A stretch of DNA of 64,000 nucleotides from Candidatus Multivorans sp. (GTDB taxonomy: Bacteria; Acidobacteriota; Thermoanaerobaculia; Multivoradales; Multivoraceae). The notes under the pieces were generated by a model that saw nothing but the letters and a program-made list of their open reading frames with translations, did not search any database and was not told the origin of the DNA. The DNA lies in contig OZ251997.1 of assembly GCA_965247095.1 (NCBI GenBank), positions 1,056,001 through 1,120,000 on the forward strand, given 5' to 3'. The translations under genes were made by a program, and so were the position numbers. Shown here in pieces: positions 39,917 to 49,630 of the stretch (positions within the stretch are counted from its first letter, which is position 1; each line of letters starts with the position of its first letter).

Positions 39917-40471
39917 ATTCCCTCCAAGCAGCAGTACAAGATTGCCGATGTGTGCCGGGTGCTGGACATCCAGCCCTACGTTCTGCGTTACTGGCAGACC
40001 GAGTTTCCGGTTCTCGCCTCGAAGAAGAGCGCGGGCGGCCGTCGGGAATATGACGCCGAGGACCTGGAGACCATTCGCCGGATCAAGGAGCTTCTGTACG
40101 ACGAGGGCCACACGATCGCCAGCGCCAAGAAGAAGCTCGCCGCTGAACTCGAGGAGGGCGGTGTCCGCGGGCGCCCTCTGATGGTGACCGAGGCGCGGGC
40201 CAACGGCGGCGAGCTGCCGGCGGAGGCTGAGCTGCCGGCGGAGGAAGGGCAGGGAGACGACGCGGAGACGGAAGAGGCCGAAACGGAGGAACCGGAGGCG
40301 GAGGAGGCGCTGGACAGCTCGCCGGCGGGTGTGGAGGCCTCCGATGTCGGCGAGATAGGCGCTTTGACCCGCCGGGTCGAGAGGCTCGAGGGTGGGGTTG
40401 CGGCGCTCGTTTCGCAGGCGCGCCAGCTTGCGGCCGAGCTCAAGCCTGAGATGGGCGTCGAGGACGACTGA
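39917..40471 (+). CDS. MerR-family transcriptional regulator (start codon uncertain)
   Basis: IPSKQQYKIADVCRVLDIQPYVLRYWQTEF...GGRREY...IKELLYDEGHTI; acidic tail. Confidence 0.88.
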   Translation: MPSKQQYKIADVCRVLDIQPYVLRYWQTEFPVLASKKSAGGRREYDAEDLETIRRIKELLYDEGHTIASAKKKLAAELEEGGVRGRPLMVTEARANGGELPAEAELPAEEGQGDDAETEEAETEEPEAEEALDSSPAGVEASDVGEIGALTRRVERLEGGVAALVSQARQLAAELKPEMGVEDD

Positions 40472-40482
40472 TCGTGCGCCTG

Positions 40483-40511
40483 TTGCCAATCGCCGCGATC
40501 CAATAGAGAAT
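40483..40511 (+). promoter_or_regulatory. Probable sigma70 promoter of tRNA-Pro
   Basis: TTGCCA-N17-GAGAAT, 10 nt before the tRNA. Confidence 0.5.
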
Positions 40512-40521
40512 GCCCCTCGGT

Positions 40522-40598
40522 CGGGACGTGGCGCAGTCTGGTAGCGTACCTGAATGGGGTTCAGGGGGTCGCGAGTTCGAATCTCGCCGTCCCGACCA
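40522..40598 (+). tRNA. tRNA-Pro(GGG)
   Basis: CGGGACG acceptor stem, CCTGA-ATGGGGT-TCAGG anticodon arm, GTTCGAATC, CCA. Confidence 0.97.
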
Positions 40599-40665
40599 TT
40601 TGACGACTTGTCCAGCCCTGTAGCGCCCGGCCAGCCGCCAGTCCCGACATGCCGCCACTCCTGAC

Positions 40666-41124
40666 GTGAGGGCCGCCTCCGATGCGGCTGGTGTCAGGTT
40701 CGGCCTGGTGGCGGCGCGCTTTAACGGCAGCATCGTCGAGCGCCTGGTTGAGGGCGCCCGTGGGCGCCTGCTGGACCACGGGGCCAGGGCCGAAGACCTT
40801 CTGCTTGTCCGGGTTCCCGGCGCCTGGGAGATACCGGCGGCTCTCGATGCCCTGGCCGCCGGCGGAAGGGTCGATGCGCTGGTGGCGCTCGGCGCCGTGA
40901 TCCGAGGTGAGACACCACACTTCGAGTACATCTGCAACGCGTGCGCGGCAGGATGCGCCGGAGTCACCGCGCGAACCGGAATCCCCGTCGGGTTTGGCGT
41001 TCTCACCTGCAACGACGCGGAGCAGGCCGCTGCCCGCGCCGGGGGCAAGGCGGGAAACAAGGGCGAGGAGGCCGCTGAAGCAGCACTCGAGATGGTAAAT
41101 CTGCTGCGGTCGCTCAAGTCGTGA
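40666..41124 (+). CDS. ribH: 6,7-dimethyl-8-ribityllumazine synthase
   Basis: ARFN, VPGAWEIP, GAVIRGETPHFEY, FGVLT, GNKG. Confidence 0.96.
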   Translation: MRAASDAAGVRFGLVAARFNGSIVERLVEGARGRLLDHGARAEDLLLVRVPGAWEIPAALDALAAGGRVDALVALGAVIRGETPHFEYICNACAAGCAGVTARTGIPVGFGVLTCNDAEQAAARAGGKAGNKGEEAAEAALEMVNLLRSLKS

Positions 41125-41681
41125 CCAAGGCCGGCGAAGCGTCATCGGCGGAAGGCGTGCTTCCGGCGAGTGGCGATCGGCCCCGACGGGCCGGTGGCAA
41201 ACGCCGCCAGGCCAGGGAAATGGCGCTGCAGATGCTCTACCAGCGGGAACTGGGGGACGCGGAACCGGCTCAACTGCTCAGGGCATTCGACATCCACGCG
41301 TTCCGCGCCGAGACCGCGGACGCCGGCGCCAGCCCGCAGGTCTCGGAGTTGGCGCTCGACTATGCCCGCACCTTGGTGGAGGGCAGTCTCGCCCACAAGG
41401 AGTCGATCGATCGTCTGGTCGCGGACCAGGCGGACAACTGGAGACTGGAGAGGATGCCCGTGGTTGATCGCAACGTCCTGCGTCTGGCGGTCTACGAGAT
41501 GCGCTTCCAGTCCGACGTGCCCGCGGTGGTGGTGATCGACGAAGCGATCGAACTGGCCAAGAAGTTCGGTTCCGAGCAGTCGGGGCGTTTCGTGAACGGA
41601 ATCCTCGACGCGCTGCGCACGACGCTGGCGGCCCGTGGTGGGAGTCCGTGTCGCACCGAGAGCGGCGAGGCGCGCGGCTGA
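41121..41681 (+). CDS. nusB: Transcription antitermination factor NusB
   Basis: RRQAREMALQMLY, WRLERM, DRNVLRLA, IDEAIELAKKFG, FVNGILD. Confidence 0.96.
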   Translation: MTKAGEASSAEGVLPASGDRPRRAGGKRRQAREMALQMLYQRELGDAEPAQLLRAFDIHAFRAETADAGASPQVSELALDYARTLVEGSLAHKESIDRLVADQADNWRLERMPVVDRNVLRLAVYEMRFQSDVPAVVVIDEAIELAKKFGSEQSGRFVNGILDALRTTLAARGGSPCRTESGEARG

Positions 41682-41776
41682 CAACGCGCGGCTGACAGGC
41701 GCGGCTGACAGGCGCGGCAGACAAGGCGCGGCTGACAGGCGCGGCAGACAAGGCGCGGCTGACAGGGCGCGGCAGG
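41672..41776. repeat. 13-14-bp tandem repeat, 8 copies (GCGCGGC[T/A]GACA[A]G)
   Basis: Units at 41672, 41686, 41699, 41712, 41726, 41739, 41753, 41767. Confidence 0.92.
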
Positions 41777-41793
41777 CTGGTACGCTGACACCT

Positions 41794-42345
41794 ATGCGGA
41801 GCACTCCTCCGAAGCGACTTAGCGAGGCAGCGGCATTGCTACCGGTGCTGCTCCTGGCCGGCTGCGGCTACGCGCTCGTTGGCAAGGCGTCCAACATTCC
41901 CGACGACGTGCAACTGGTGTTCCTGCAGCCGTTCGAGAATCGGACCGCCCGGGCGGAGGTCGAGCAGTTCCTGACGCAGGCGATCGCGGACGAACTCGTG
42001 ACCCGTCGCCGCTTCGAACTCGTTTCCACCGAAGCGGAGTCGGATGCCACCATTCGCGGCGCGGTTACATCCTTCCGGGTCGCGCCCATCACCTTCACGA
42101 ACGACGGTCGTGCCCAGGAGTACGAACTGGCAATCGTCGCCGATGTCTCCTTCCGCCGCAGCGTCAAGACACCTGGCGGAGAAGAAGGGGAAGTGATCTG
42201 GGCGAATGACCGCTACCAGTTCAAGGAGAGCTACGAGGTCGAGAGCGCGGACAGCGACTTCTTCGACCGCGAGAACATCGCCATCGAAGACAGTGCGGAA
42301 CGGTTTGCCGACACGATGGTGACGGATCTGCTCGAGGGCTTCTGA
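41794..42345 (+). CDS. lptE: LPS assembly lipoprotein LptE-like
   Basis: Lipobox LAGCGY, FENRT, C-terminal helix ending LLEGF. Confidence 0.8.
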   Translation: MRSTPPKRLSEAAALLPVLLLAGCGYALVGKASNIPDDVQLVFLQPFENRTARAEVEQFLTQAIADELVTRRRFELVSTEAESDATIRGAVTSFRVAPITFTNDGRAQEYELAIVADVSFRRSVKTPGGEEGEVIWANDRYQFKESYEVESADSDFFDRENIAIEDSAERFADTMVTDLLEGF

Positions 42346-42368
42346 GGCCCACACCCCCGGAGAGGGGA

Positions 42369-42677
42369 TTACCCTGCCTGGGTCACCTCGGTAGCTGCTT
42401 CCGCCGCGGCTGCAGCCTCGGTGCGGCGGTTCACGAGCCGGGTGAGTCTCGACTTACGGCGGGCGGCGGCGTTCGCGTGGATGGCGCCCTTGCGCGCTGT
42501 TACGTCGATCAGGCTCAACGTCCCGGGAAGCAGTTCCCGGGCACGCTCCACGTCGCTGTCGGCGGCTGTACGCAGCGCCTTGACCGAAGTACGGAGCTTC
42601 GACATCGCGGCGCGGTTGCGGTCCCTTCGGACTCGCGACTGCCGGATGCGCTTCTCTGCCTGTTTGCTGTTCGCCAT
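42369..42677 (-). CDS. rpsT: 30S ribosomal protein S20
   Basis: MANSKQAEKRIRQ, KGAIHANAAARRKSRL. Confidence 0.96.
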   Translation of the reverse strand: MANSKQAEKRIRQSRVRRDRNRAAMSKLRTSVKALRTAADSDVERARELLPGTLSLIDVTARKGAIHANAAARRKSRLTRLVNRRTEAAAAAEAATEVTQAG

Positions 42678-42749
42678 ATCGTCTTCTCTCACCCTTGGCC
42701 TGTACGTCATCCTATGCGGCCCGGGACACGGCGCCACCGGCGGCGCAGT

Positions 42750-43613
42750 TTACTGTTCGGCGCCCAGGTTGTCGAGTTGCTGGAGCGCCAGGATCGCCTC
42801 GTCGGTGCCGGGATAGCTGCCTCGAACCCGAAGGAACATCTCGATTGCGCGTTCGCGGTCGCCCAGCTCGGTCAGAGCGACCCCGATCTTGAGCATGGAA
42901 CTCGCGACCTTGTCGCTTTCCGGGTACAGCTCTCGGACCAGGCTGAGCTCTTCGATCGCTGCCCGGTATCGCCCTTGGCCCAGATGGGACTCGCCGAGCC
43001 AGTACTGGGCGCTGCCCGCATCGACGCCGTCCGGGAACGTGTCGAGGTAATCGCGAAAGCCGGTGATTGCCCGCTCATACCTGCCCTCGGAGTAGTCCCG
43101 GTACGCGGCGTCGTAGAGGCTCTTCGGATCGACCGTCTCAGCCGCGGGCGTCGGCCGGTTGGTTTCCCGCAACTGATCGAGAGCCGCAAGGTACGCCTCC
43201 TGGCGTTCGAGTCGGACCTGGATCAGGGCAACATCCGTACTCGTCTCCTCGAGGCGTTCCTTCGAAGCGTTGAGGATCTGGCGCTGCTCCTGGATCAGGT
43301 TTCGCAGCGCTTCGAGATCAGAGATGATCTGCCGCAGATCCTCCTTGAGATCCGCGTTCGCGGTCACATCGCTGTCGACCTGACGCTCGAGCGCTTGAAC
43401 GACCGTGGCCAGATCCTGGCGCGTCGGTGTCTGCGATCGGAGCTCGTCCAGCCGCCGTTCAACAGCGGCGAGACCGGTCTCCAGGTCGGTCAACTGCGTG
43501 GACGAGGAGGCACAGGCCACCGCCAGCAGCGCCAGAACCGAACCGGCGAGCACCAGCAAAACGCCCGTTTGACCGGTCCGGTTGGCGGGCGTTCGAGCTT
43601 CTGACCGCCACAT
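42750..43613 (-). CDS. cpoB: Tol-Pal system protein CpoB/YbgF
   Basis: Lipobox, coiled coil, TPR with LYDAAY, AQYWLGE, YPESDK; downstream of pal. Confidence 0.88.
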   Translation of the reverse strand: MWRSEARTPANRTGQTGVLLVLAGSVLALLAVACASSSTQLTDLETGLAAVERRLDELRSQTPTRQDLATVVQALERQVDSDVTANADLKEDLRQIISDLEALRNLIQEQRQILNASKERLEETSTDVALIQVRLERQEAYLAALDQLRETNRPTPAAETVDPKSLYDAAYRDYSEGRYERAITGFRDYLDTFPDGVDAGSAQYWLGESHLGQGRYRAAIEELSLVRELYPESDKVASSMLKIGVALTELGDRERAIEMFLRVRGSYPGTDEAILALQQLDNLGAEQ

Positions 43614-43693
43614 GCTCAGAACCGCGGCTATCGACTAGGGCGTCTTGCGGCGAAGGTGCAGCGACCGGCCGGCGCCTGAGGCGCCTCCCTGAC

Positions 43694-44272
43694 TCAACTG
43701 AAGTCGGTGACCCGGAAGTAGGCGCGACGGTTCAATTGCCAGCAGTCCTCGTTCGAGCCCTCGCACTGCGGACGCTCCTCGCCGTAGCTGATCGTCTTGA
43801 AACGATCGCCCGAAACGCCCAACGACAAGAGGTAGTCCTGCGCGGCGTTGGACCTGCGGTCGCCAAGGGCGAGGTTGTAGTCGTTCGTGCCCCGCTCGTC
43901 GCAGTGGCCCTCAATCGTGATCATGAGGTTCTCACCGTCCCGGGTCTTGAGGAAGTCGGCGTTCTTGCTGAGCTGAGAACGCGTCATGTCGGTCAGTGTG
44001 GCCTTGTCGAACTCGAAGTAGACATCGCCCAGGAAACCCTTCTCGTGGACCTCCCGGTTCGCCTCTACGATGTCCTCGGACCAGGGCGACACGTACTCGG
44101 GTACAACCGGCGGCGCCGGCGGCGGCGGCACCGGCGCCGGCGGCGGAGGCTCCTCAACCGGCGGCGGCGGAGGCGGTGGCGTTGGGGGCTTGGGCTCCAC
44201 CTTCTTGCAGGCGCCAACGGCCAGCAGCACAAGAGCCGGGAGGATGAATGCGGGGAACCTTCTGGCCAACAT
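43694..44272 (-). CDS. pal: Peptidoglycan-associated lipoprotein
   Basis: Lipobox VGAC, VYFEFDK, IEGHCDERGT, YNLALG, ISYGEERP, NRR; GAGGAG RBS. Confidence 0.95.
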   Translation of the reverse strand: MLARRFPAFILPALVLLAVGACKKVEPKPPTPPPPPPPVEEPPPPAPVPPPPAPPVVPEYVSPWSEDIVEANREVHEKGFLGDVYFEFDKATLTDMTRSQLSKNADFLKTRDGENLMITIEGHCDERGTNDYNLALGDRRSNAAQDYLLSLGVSGDRFKTISYGEERPQCEGSNEDCWQLNRRAYFRVTDFS

Positions 44273-44379
44273 ACCGGGACTTCTCCTCAAACCTGAAAGC
44301 TGGATTTTGTGAATGCGGGGAAACAGTACCAAAGCGAGGCGGGCACGGCAACCGCTTTCTGCGGTGGGGCCCCTTCGAA

Positions 44380-45765
44380 TCAGTCGAAGTAGTCCGACCA
44401 GGAAGGATGGGAGTTGTTGCCGCGGGTGGTCACCTGGCGGGTGTACCTGCCGTCCTGGCTCATGATGTAGATGTGCCGGCGACCTCCACGGCGGCGGGAA
44501 TCGAAGATGATCCACTCGCCGTTCGGCGAGAAGGACGGATTCTCGTGACTTCCGGGACCGGTCGTCAGGAGTTGATCCTGGCCGGTGACCAGGTCGACGA
44601 CCGCGATGTTGTGGCGGTCGCCCCGGTCGGCGCGGCGGGAGTAGACGACCCGGCTGCCGTCCGGGTGCCAGGATGCGCCCTCGTTGTACCGGCCCTCGAA
44701 CGTCACCCGTTGCAGGTCGGCGCCGTCGATGCCCATGAGGTAGATCTGCGGGGTGCCGGAGCGGCTCGAGGTGAAGGCGATTCGCTTGCCGTCGGGCGAG
44801 CACTCCGGGTTCGTGTCGATACGGCTCGACCGGGTGAGCTGCCGGGGAGTTCCGCCGCTGCGTGACACCGCGAAGATCTCCATGTTGCTGGTTCGGCGCG
44901 CAAAGAGGACCGTGTCGCCGTCCGGGCAGAGGCTGGGGGAGTAGGCGGGCTGTTCCCCAGCGATCACCGGCGTCTTCCTGCCGGTTACGAGATCGGCCCA
45001 GTAGACGCCCGGACTGCCCTCGAAGAAAGAAAGGTACAGGAGCCCGCTACCGTCCCGCGCCCAGACGGGCGAGAGGCTGGTCGAGATATGCCCGGTGATC
45101 CGCCGCTGGGCGTGACCGTCGTAGTCCATCAGGAAGATCTCCTTGCTGGACTGGCCTTCCCGGTCCGAGACGAACGCGATCGCGGTCATTGCGATGCCCC
45201 GGCGGCCAGTGAAGTAGAGGACGATCTCGTCGGACATCGCATGGGCGAAGCGGCGCGCGAGGTCGATTCCCCCGTTGAAACGCTTCCCCAGAATGAACTG
45301 CCCGCTCGCCAGGTCGTAGACCCGTCCCTCGAGGATCAGCTCCTCGCCGTCGAGCTTGAACTCGGTGAGCAACGCGACTTCGTTGCCGTAGGCGCGGTAC
45401 TGCTCGAGATCCTTGGCTCGGTCGCCGGTGAGAAGAACCGCCGAAAGGACCTCCGGGCCCTGGACGTCGAAGAGTTGAGAAAAGGCCAGATCCTCCCGGA
45501 GGGTCTGTTCCACTTCGCTCATCGCGTCGAGAAACTCCGGCCTGGCGCCCGGCGGGCGCCAGGATCGAGGTACGGCGAGATTCAGGCGCACGGCCGCGTC
45601 GCGGTCGAGGACCACTTCGACATCGGAAGGCAGTTGCCCGGCGGGAAGCGGCGTTTCCGGTCCTTGCTGCGCGCCCAGGGACAGTGCCCCGCAGACGAGG
45701 GCCGCGACCACGGCCCTGGCGATTTGAACCGGCGGAATCGTTGGATGGAGGCGCTGCATGGTCAC
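44380..45765 (-). CDS. tolB: TolB
   Basis: AHAMSDEI, IAFVS, DYDG, repeated SPDG/PD40 motifs. Confidence 0.93.
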   Translation of the reverse strand: MTMQRLHPTIPPVQIARAVVAALVCGALSLGAQQGPETPLPAGQLPSDVEVVLDRDAAVRLNLAVPRSWRPPGARPEFLDAMSEVEQTLREDLAFSQLFDVQGPEVLSAVLLTGDRAKDLEQYRAYGNEVALLTEFKLDGEELILEGRVYDLASGQFILGKRFNGGIDLARRFAHAMSDEIVLYFTGRRGIAMTAIAFVSDREGQSSKEIFLMDYDGHAQRRITGHISTSLSPVWARDGSGLLYLSFFEGSPGVYWADLVTGRKTPVIAGEQPAYSPSLCPDGDTVLFARRTSNMEIFAVSRSGGTPRQLTRSSRIDTNPECSPDGKRIAFTSSRSGTPQIYLMGIDGADLQRVTFEGRYNEGASWHPDGSRVVYSRRADRGDRHNIAVVDLVTGQDQLLTTGPGSHENPSFSPNGEWIIFDSRRRGGRRHIYIMSQDGRYTRQVTTRGNNSHPSWSDYFD

Positions 45766-46553
45766 CGTATCCTCATCGTCACGCCGAGACTCGGTTTGCG
45801 GAAGCTGCGCGGCAGCGGCGGCACCGGCGACGCCAGTTCGATGGCCCGCAGGCCGGCGTTGTCGAAACGGGTGACGCCCGAGGACTCGATCAGTTGGAGT
45901 TCGCTCACGGTGCCGTCACTCGCGATCCGGAAACGGACGAGGGCTTCGACGCCGTCGATCGGCGGCCTCGTCCAGCGCGCCCTGATCGCGGCGACCAGGC
46001 GTGTCGTGTAGTAGGCGTAGGTGAAGTCCTCGGCGTCGTAGCCGACCACCGGCGCTGCCGCGTCGTCGCTCCCGGCCAGCGAGTCGTCGACGGTCCGGGT
46101 GCGTTGGAAGGGACGTTCCAGCCTGGGCCGCGGTTCGGGCGCCGGCTCGGGCGGAGGAGGCGGCGGCGCCGGCTCGGACGCCGGCTCTTCGGGCTTTTCC
46201 TCGGCGAGCACCGGCACATCCGGCGGCGGCGCCTCCGGCGGCGGTTCGGGCTCGGGTTCCGGCGCCGGTGCGGGCGGCGGCTCTTCCTCCGGGGGCGGAG
46301 TCACTGGGATCGGCTTCGGCCGGATCGTCGGCATGCGGACCAACTCGACCGTCTGGCGCTCCAGGTAGGTCGGTTCGGCGAACAGACTGGGCCCGAAGAG
46401 AATCCCTCCAAGAACAGCGAGATGGAGGGTCACGGACAGGGCAAAGCACAGCCGGTTCAGGCCGGCGCCTCGGCGCTCCCGGCGCGTGAGAGCCCACTCG
46501 ACTGGAGGCGTGGGGGCGTCCTGACTCGGCACCTGGCTGGGTCTCCGTGACAA
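45762..46553 (-). CDS. tolA: TolA/TonB-family energy transducer
   Basis: TM with SVTLH (SHLS-type), Pro-rich linker, C-terminal SSG-x-FD-x-A-RAI; sits between tolR and tolB. Confidence 0.8.
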   Translation of the reverse strand: MSRRPSQVPSQDAPTPPVEWALTRRERRGAGLNRLCFALSVTLHLAVLGGILFGPSLFAEPTYLERQTVELVRMPTIRPKPIPVTPPPEEEPPPAPAPEPEPEPPPEAPPPDVPVLAEEKPEEPASEPAPPPPPPEPAPEPRPRLERPFQRTRTVDDSLAGSDDAAAPVVGYDAEDFTYAYYTTRLVAAIRARWTRPPIDGVEALVRFRIASDGTVSELQLIESSGVTRFDNAGLRAIELASPVPPLPRSFRKPSLGVTMRIR

Positions 46554-46559
46554 CGACCA

Positions 46560-46988
<429 letters not shown>

Positions 46989-47009
46989 TTCCGACTCCTG
47001 GATCGCTGG

Positions 47010-47732
47010 TCAGCCGAAGTTGCGCTCGGCCAGATTCAAGAACTCGAGTGTGAAGTCGTCCATTTCCGCGCGGAGTTGCCGCAGCCTGGTGGCGAGATAG
47101 TTGTACCCGACGAGCGCGGGGATGGCCGCGACCAGACCGGCGGCTGTATTGACCAGCGCCTCGGCGATGCCCGGGGCGACCGCCGTGATGCTCGCCGTAC
47201 CCGAGGTTCCAATGTCGTTGAAGGCGATCATGATTCCCCAGACCGTCCCGAACAGGCCGATGAAGGGCGCCGCCGCGGCGGTGGTCGCCAACCAGGACGT
47301 GTTCCGGGCGAGAACGCGAAGTTCGACGTTCGCGGCCCGGTGAAGGGTCCGCTCGAGGCCCATCAACGACTGGAGGCGGAAGTTGTCCTCGTCTCCCCGA
47401 GGCTCCTTGAGGGCCTTGATCTGGGTGTCGATCTCGAGGTACCCGGCCTGGAACAGGCCGACCAGCGACGACGCGCGATGGTCGGAAGCGGCCTTGCCGA
47501 TGTCACTGAAGCGGGCGGCCTTGCGGAACACATCGAGAAAGCCCTGGTTCTGCCTCGCGGTGCGCCGGAAGAGCACCAAGCGCTGCAGCAGCACATACCA
47601 GGAAGACAACGACATCAGGACCAGGATCCCGAGCACGATCTTCGCCACCGGGCCCGAACGGAGAAAAAAGTGCACCACCGCCGTGTCGCCGGTGGCCATG
47701 AGCGTGGCGATCGGGATGGCGAACGAAGGCAC
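47010..47732 (-). CDS. tolQ: TolQ/ExbB proton channel
   Basis: APFIGLFGTVWGIM, VAPGIAEALVNTAAGL. Confidence 0.93.
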   Translation of the reverse strand: MPSFAIPIATLMATGDTAVVHFFLRSGPVAKIVLGILVLMSLSSWYVLLQRLVLFRRTARQNQGFLDVFRKAARFSDIGKAASDHRASSLVGLFQAGYLEIDTQIKALKEPRGDEDNFRLQSLMGLERTLHRAANVELRVLARNTSWLATTAAAAPFIGLFGTVWGIMIAFNDIGTSGTASITAVAPGIAEALVNTAAGLVAAIPALVGYNYLATRLRQLRAEMDDFTLEFLNLAERNFG

Positions 47733-47861
47733 CGCCGCGAGAAAGTATCAGACAGATAGCCAAAGGTCTATTCCTCTAGATTCGCGGGCAGGCCGAGGCG
47801 CAAACGACACGCGGGGAGGGGCGGTATGCTGCCGCGCCTGCAACTGAGGGGAACTAAGGGG

Positions 47862-48674
47862 TTGAGGATCGGCGTCTGCATCAAACAGGTCCCGGATACC
47901 GATGCACACCTGCGGATCGCGGACTCGGGCCGCCACATCGACGACGGCGATGTGAACTGGGTCATCTCGAGCTGCGATCTCTGCGCGCTCGAAGAGGCCC
48001 TGCTGCTCGTCGAAGCGGCCGAGGAGGCCGGGGCGAGCCGGCCCGATCTCGTCGCCTTCAGCCTTGGCCCCGCACGGGTCGAGGAGGCGCTGCGAAAGGC
48101 GCTGGCGCTGGGGGCCGACCGCGCTGTGCACCTCGCGGATGAGGGCTTCCAGGGCGGCGACGCACTGGCTGACGGTCGTGCTCTGGCCGCGGCCGTCGGC
48201 CGGGAGGAATGCGATCTCGTCCTTGCGGGCGCCCAGTCCGACGATCTTGGACAGGCCGCGACCCCGGCGGTCGTCGCGGAGATGCTTGGCCGGCCCTACG
48301 CCTGGCTGGTGATGGCGGTCGAGCTGGAGGCGGACAACCGCTCGGTACGCGTCGTGCGTGAACTCGAGGGTGGGATGAACGAAGTCCTCCGGTTGCACCT
48401 GCCGGCCGTGCTCGCGGTGCAGGCCGGAATCAACAAGCCCCGGTTCGCCTCGCTGCGCGGTACGCTGCAGGCCCGCAGGAAGCCGCTGGAGCACCTCGAT
48501 TGCGCGAGCCTCGGCGTCGATCCGCGGCTGGTGGGGGAGGCCGGCGCCCGGATCGAGACGATGGCGATCCGTCTTCCTCCGACCGGTGTCGGCGGAGTGT
48601 TGATCGAGAATGCCGCCCCGGAGGCGGCAGCGGCGGAACTCATCGCGCACCTGGAGCGGGAGGCTCTGTTGTGA
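47862..48674 (+). CDS. etfB: Electron transfer flavoprotein beta subunit
   Basis: VCIKQVPD, ALEEAL, ALALGADRA, GAQSDD, INKPRF; TTG start. Confidence 0.93.
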   Translation: MRIGVCIKQVPDTDAHLRIADSGRHIDDGDVNWVISSCDLCALEEALLLVEAAEEAGASRPDLVAFSLGPARVEEALRKALALGADRAVHLADEGFQGGDALADGRALAAAVGREECDLVLAGAQSDDLGQAATPAVVAEMLGRPYAWLVMAVELEADNRSVRVVRELEGGMNEVLRLHLPAVLAVQAGINKPRFASLRGTLQARRKPLEHLDCASLGVDPRLVGEAGARIETMAIRLPPTGVGGVLIENAAPEAAAAELIAHLEREALL

Positions 48675-49630
48675 GCGGCCCGGCTGTGCCCCCCACCGAA
48701 ACGGTGGTCTGGATCGTGGAGAACGCCGGCTCGGGCCCCGGATCCCGGGAGGCCCGTGTCTGCGGGCAGGCGCTCGGGTCCGACGTGCGGCTCGCCCTGC
48801 TCGACGAGGAACGGCTCGGGCCCTATTCGCCGGAGCTCTACGCCGAGGCCCTCAGCACTCTGATCGCGCGGGAGGGCGGCGACGGAGCGGCGCCGATGAC
48901 GGTGATTCTCCTGCCGCACACGTACCAGGTGGCGGAGTTCGCTCCGCGCCTTGCCTTGCGGCTCGGCGCCGCCTATGTCCCGTCGATCAGCGGGGCGGAC
49001 AAAGTCGACGAAGGCGGCCTGCACTTCCGGCGATCGATCATGCAGGCCAAGTTCCAGGCCGAGGTCCGCCCGAAGGCGCGTACTGTCGTCGCCACCGTGC
49101 AGAGCGGGGCCTTCAGCACCGACGAGCCGCCGGCGCCGCCGCGACAGGTCCTCGAAGTCTGTCTGCCGGCCGACATCGAACGGCAACACGAACGGGAGAT
49201 TCTGGGGCGCGAGGCGGCAAGTGCCGGCGGCGTCGACCTGGCGGGCGCCGAACGGATCGTGACCGCAGGGAGGGGCGTGGGCGGAGCGGACCAGGTGTCG
49301 GTAGCGGCCGACCTGGCCGCGGCGCTCGGCGCCGAACTCGGCGCGAGCAGGCCGGTGGTGGACAACGGCTGGCTGCCGCGCGAGCACCAGGTCGGATCGA
49401 GCGGGCACACGGTGGCCCCGAACCTCTACGTGGCGCTCGGGGTATCCGGCTCGATCCAGCACCTGATGGGCATGAGCGGATCACGAGTCATCGTGGCGGT
49501 GAACAAGGATCCGGAAGCGCCGATCTTCAGCGTCGCGCACTACGGCATCGTCGGCGACCTGCACGAAGTGGCGCCGGCGCTGACCCGCTTGCTGAACGAG
49601 CGGTCAGGGACTCATCCCACGCAGCCGTAG
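48671..49630 (+). CDS. etfA: Electron transfer flavoprotein alpha subunit
   Basis: GASRPVVDNGW, QVGSSG, GVSGSIQH, AVNKDPEAPIF. Confidence 0.93.
   Translation: MSGPAVPPTETVVWIVENAGSGPGSREARVCGQALGSDVRLALLDEERLGPYSPELYAEALSTLIAREGGDGAAPMTVILLPHTYQVAEFAPRLALRLGAAYVPSISGADKVDEGGLHFRRSIMQAKFQAEVRPKARTVVATVQSGAFSTDEPPAPPRQVLEVCLPADIERQHEREILGREAASAGGVDLAGAERIVTAGRGVGGADQVSVAADLAAALGAELGASRPVVDNGWLPREHQVGSSGHTVAPNLYVALGVSGSIQHLMGMSGSRVIVAVNKDPEAPIFSVAHYGIVGDLHEVAPALTRLLNERSGTHPTQP

Noticed and set aside
37714-40598. tRNAs as integration sites of an island
   Set aside because: No integrase or duplicated tRNA 3' end; flanking genes are housekeeping
40599-40665. FMN riboswitch before ribH (also SAM riboswitch before metK, SAH riboswitch before ahcY)
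   Set aside because: Gaps are too short or lack the conserved motifs
41672-41776. Possible CRISPR array, or coding repeat in the 41635-42345 ORF extension
   Set aside because: No spacers; lptE more plausibly starts at 41794, giving a normal lipoprotein signal
44100-46300. GGC/CCG-rich low-complexity tracts in pal and tolA
   Set aside because: Explained by proline-rich protein linkers
49604-49630. 27-bp convergent overlap of etfA and the TrmH-family gene
   Set aside because: Short tail-to-tail overlaps are common
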